A model generated the notes under the pieces. That model worked only from the letters and a program-made list of their open reading frames with translations. It searched no databases and was not told where the DNA came from. Positions 63,919-64,000 of a stretch of 64,000 nucleotides of DNA are shown piece after piece. Source of the stretch: Octopus vulgaris (Eukaryota). Made by a program: the position numbers and the translations under genes. The stretch is from contig OX597815.1 in NCBI GenBank assembly GCA_951406725.2, positions 185,814,001 to 185,878,000 of the forward strand, read 5' to 3'. Every line of letters starts with the position of its first letter. The stretch's first letter is position 1.

Positions 63919-64000
63919 GACCTCTTTTAATATATATATACTCACACTCATGTTTCGAGTTCTATTTTTCCTGTTTGCATCACTAAACACACAAACACAC

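Overview
AT-rich, repeat-dense eukaryotic DNA, most likely from an octopus or related cephalopod (inferred from the SINE families and microsatellite load, not from a database match). No intact host protein-coding gene could be supported; almost all ORF-track entries translate (TA/CA)n microsatellites or SINEs. The window is a mosaic of at least three tRNA-derived SINE families (often nested or multimeric, with TSDs), RTE, R4/Dong and other LINE relics, a near-complete DD34D mariner (21054-22344), older mariner, maT, hAT and Merlin relics, non-autonomous Helitrons and MITEs. The most striking layer is a set of hammerhead-ribozyme (HHR) motifs in several unrelated small repeats: (i) two diverged copies of an HHR whose three core strands are in a non-circularly permuted order, with covarying helices (30760-30836 minus; 60151-60227 plus); (ii) a tRNA-headed SINE-like element with a Penelope-type minimal HHR that inserts as palindromes with 13-bp TSDs; (iii) a ~340-360 bp tandem repeat with one type-I HHR per full unit (retrozyme-like); (iv) several other minimal HHR variants. 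SINE copies left of ~19.4 kb look CpG-decayed relative to copies on the right, suggesting a methylated domain. All RNA structures were folded by eye and are untested; coordinates of degenerate elements are approximate.
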